Origin: Phoronis australis
Taxonomy: Eukaryota > Animalia > Phoronida
Reading direction: 5' to 3'
Assembly: GCA_002633005.1 (NCBI GenBank)
Contig: NMRA01000253.1
Coordinates: forward strand, 135,251-199,250
Length of the DNA: 64,000 nt
Below are positions 62,641 to 64,000 of this stretch, piece after piece (position 1 is the stretch's first letter; each line of letters begins with the position of its first letter). The notes below the pieces were generated by a model that was given only the letters and a program-made list of their open reading frames with translations, was not told the origin of the DNA and did not search any database. The translations under genes and the position numbers were made by a program.

Positions 62641-63942
62641 AACGAGTGTGTTTCAAAACACTGCACTCTATCTATAAACACTACAGTGCAAAAGTTGCCA
62701 GGTGAGGAGACAGTTCCATTACGTGGGTGACATGATTCAATGCAATGGACTTGTCAATTTTCTTAACAAATGAATACATTCACAGTAAAGTAACAACGCT
62801 TCTAATAAGTAAATACATTCACAGTAAAGGAGCAATTTATTTAACAAATGAATGCATTCACAGTTTAAGTAATAGTATCTCTAACAACTGAATAAATTCA
62901 AAGTAAAGTAGCAACATTTCTAACATACATTTACAGTAAAGTAACACTATATTTAACTAATGAATACATTCACAGTAAAGTAACAACATTCCCAATGAAT
63001 GAATACTTTCACATTATCATCATGGAATTATGGTAGTTTACAAAATTTAAATGCTTGTGGATCTTTAAAAGTCATACTATTTTTCTGTGACTTACTTTTG
63101 GTTGATTTAGGATTGGCCTTTGTTTACAATTCCCTGAATAGGACTGGATGTCATAGGGCAGTTGGTCATTTTTCTGCTGATAGACACATGACCAAACTTA
63201 TATCTTTGAGCTATAAATGTTATTGTAAGTAGTTTCATTCAACGTAATTCAGGGTGTTCTATTATCAGACGTGCAACTATTATGCCTTGTTTCTGAACCA
63301 GTGTGTTTCAAAACACTGCACTCCATCTATAAACACTACAGTGCAAAAGTTGCCAGATGAGGAGACAGTTCCATTAGGTGACATGATTCAATGCAATGGA
63401 CTTGTCAATTTTCCTAACAAATGAATACATTCACAGTAAAGTAACAACGCTTCTAATAAGTAAATACATTCACAGTAAAGGAGCAATTTATTTAACAAAT
63501 GAATGCATTCACAGTTTAAGTAATAGTATCTCTAACAACTGAATAAATTCAAAGTAAAGTAGCAACATTTCTAACATACATTTATAGTAAAGTAACACTA
63601 TATTTAACTAATGAATACATTCACAGTAAAGTAACAACATTCCCAATGAATGAATACTTTCACATTATCATCATGGAATTATGGTAGTTTACAATTTAAA
63701 TGCTTGTGGATTTTTAAAAGTCATACTATTTTTCTGTGACTTACTGTTGGTTAATTTAGGATTGGCCTTTGTTTACAATTCCCTGAAGAGGACTGGATGT
63801 CATAGGGCAGTTGGTCATTTTTCTGCTGATAGACACATGACCAAACTTATATATTTGAGCTATAAATGTTATTGTAAGTAGTTTCATTCAACGTAATTCA
63901 GGGTGTTCTATTATCAGACGTGCAACTATTATGCCTTGTTTC
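62641..63942. repeat. Tandem duplication of about 655 bp (two copies), each containing a 39-bp minisatellite of about 6 units
   Basis: 62641-63293 and 63296-63942 are near-identical, with a few SNPs/indels and no N at the junction. Internal unit TAACAAATGAATACATTCACAGTAAAGTAACAAC... at about 62763-63010 and 63415-63663. Confidence 0.9.
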
Positions 63943-63951
63943 ATTTTTCAG

Positions 63952-64000
63952 GTCAGTTTTTTGGTTTGGCTGATAGCAAAGACTTTGCGTTTGATGAAAT
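63952..64000 (+). CDS. POMT1: POMT1 exon, truncated by the window end
   Basis: TTTCATTTTTCAG|GT, phase 1, continuing the previous exon: GQFFGLADSKDFAFDEI, matching the PMT consensus GYL.GFDG.F.F..IG. Confidence 0.8.

Noticed and set aside
62763-63010. CRISPR-like periodicity of about 39 bp
   Set aside because: Head-to-tail degenerate units without unique spacers, in a eukaryotic intron with no cas genes. It is a minisatellite.

Overview
Eukaryotic (animal) genomic DNA, AT-rich with GT-AG introns. It is most consistent with a marine invertebrate bilaterian, but the species cannot be determined. There are no prokaryotic operons or CRISPR arrays. Three well-supported protein-coding genes lie on the + strand. 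(1) An intronless LRR-LRRCT-Ig-transmembrane receptor/adhesion protein (11569-14367) with a short tail ending in a PDZ-type motif. (2) A four-coding-exon AJM1/C9orf172-like gene (33181-50975, about 2230 aa after correcting an assembly duplication) with a C-terminal MYND-type zinc finger/AJM1 domain. (3) The 5' part of POMT1 (protein O-mannosyltransferase 1; four short exons from 59596 to the window end), which the ORF track misses. A 90-aa intronless ORF with a textbook TATA/Inr promoter sits at 5073-5345. Non-coding space holds mobile-element relics: a Merlin-type MITE with a perfect 8-bp TSD, two copies of a Harbinger-type MITE, a hAT-like long-TIR element, three copies of a tRNA-derived SINE, and a dead RLE (HERO/R2-superfamily) retrotransposon fragment. 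Two single-N junctions (33971, 38310) are haplotype-overlap artefacts. The most unusual window-wide signals are a strong excess of TACATGTA, seen arising as exact +6 bp insertions between paired copies, and CpG decay concentrated in the POMT1 gene body. All analysis was by eye; no database search was run.
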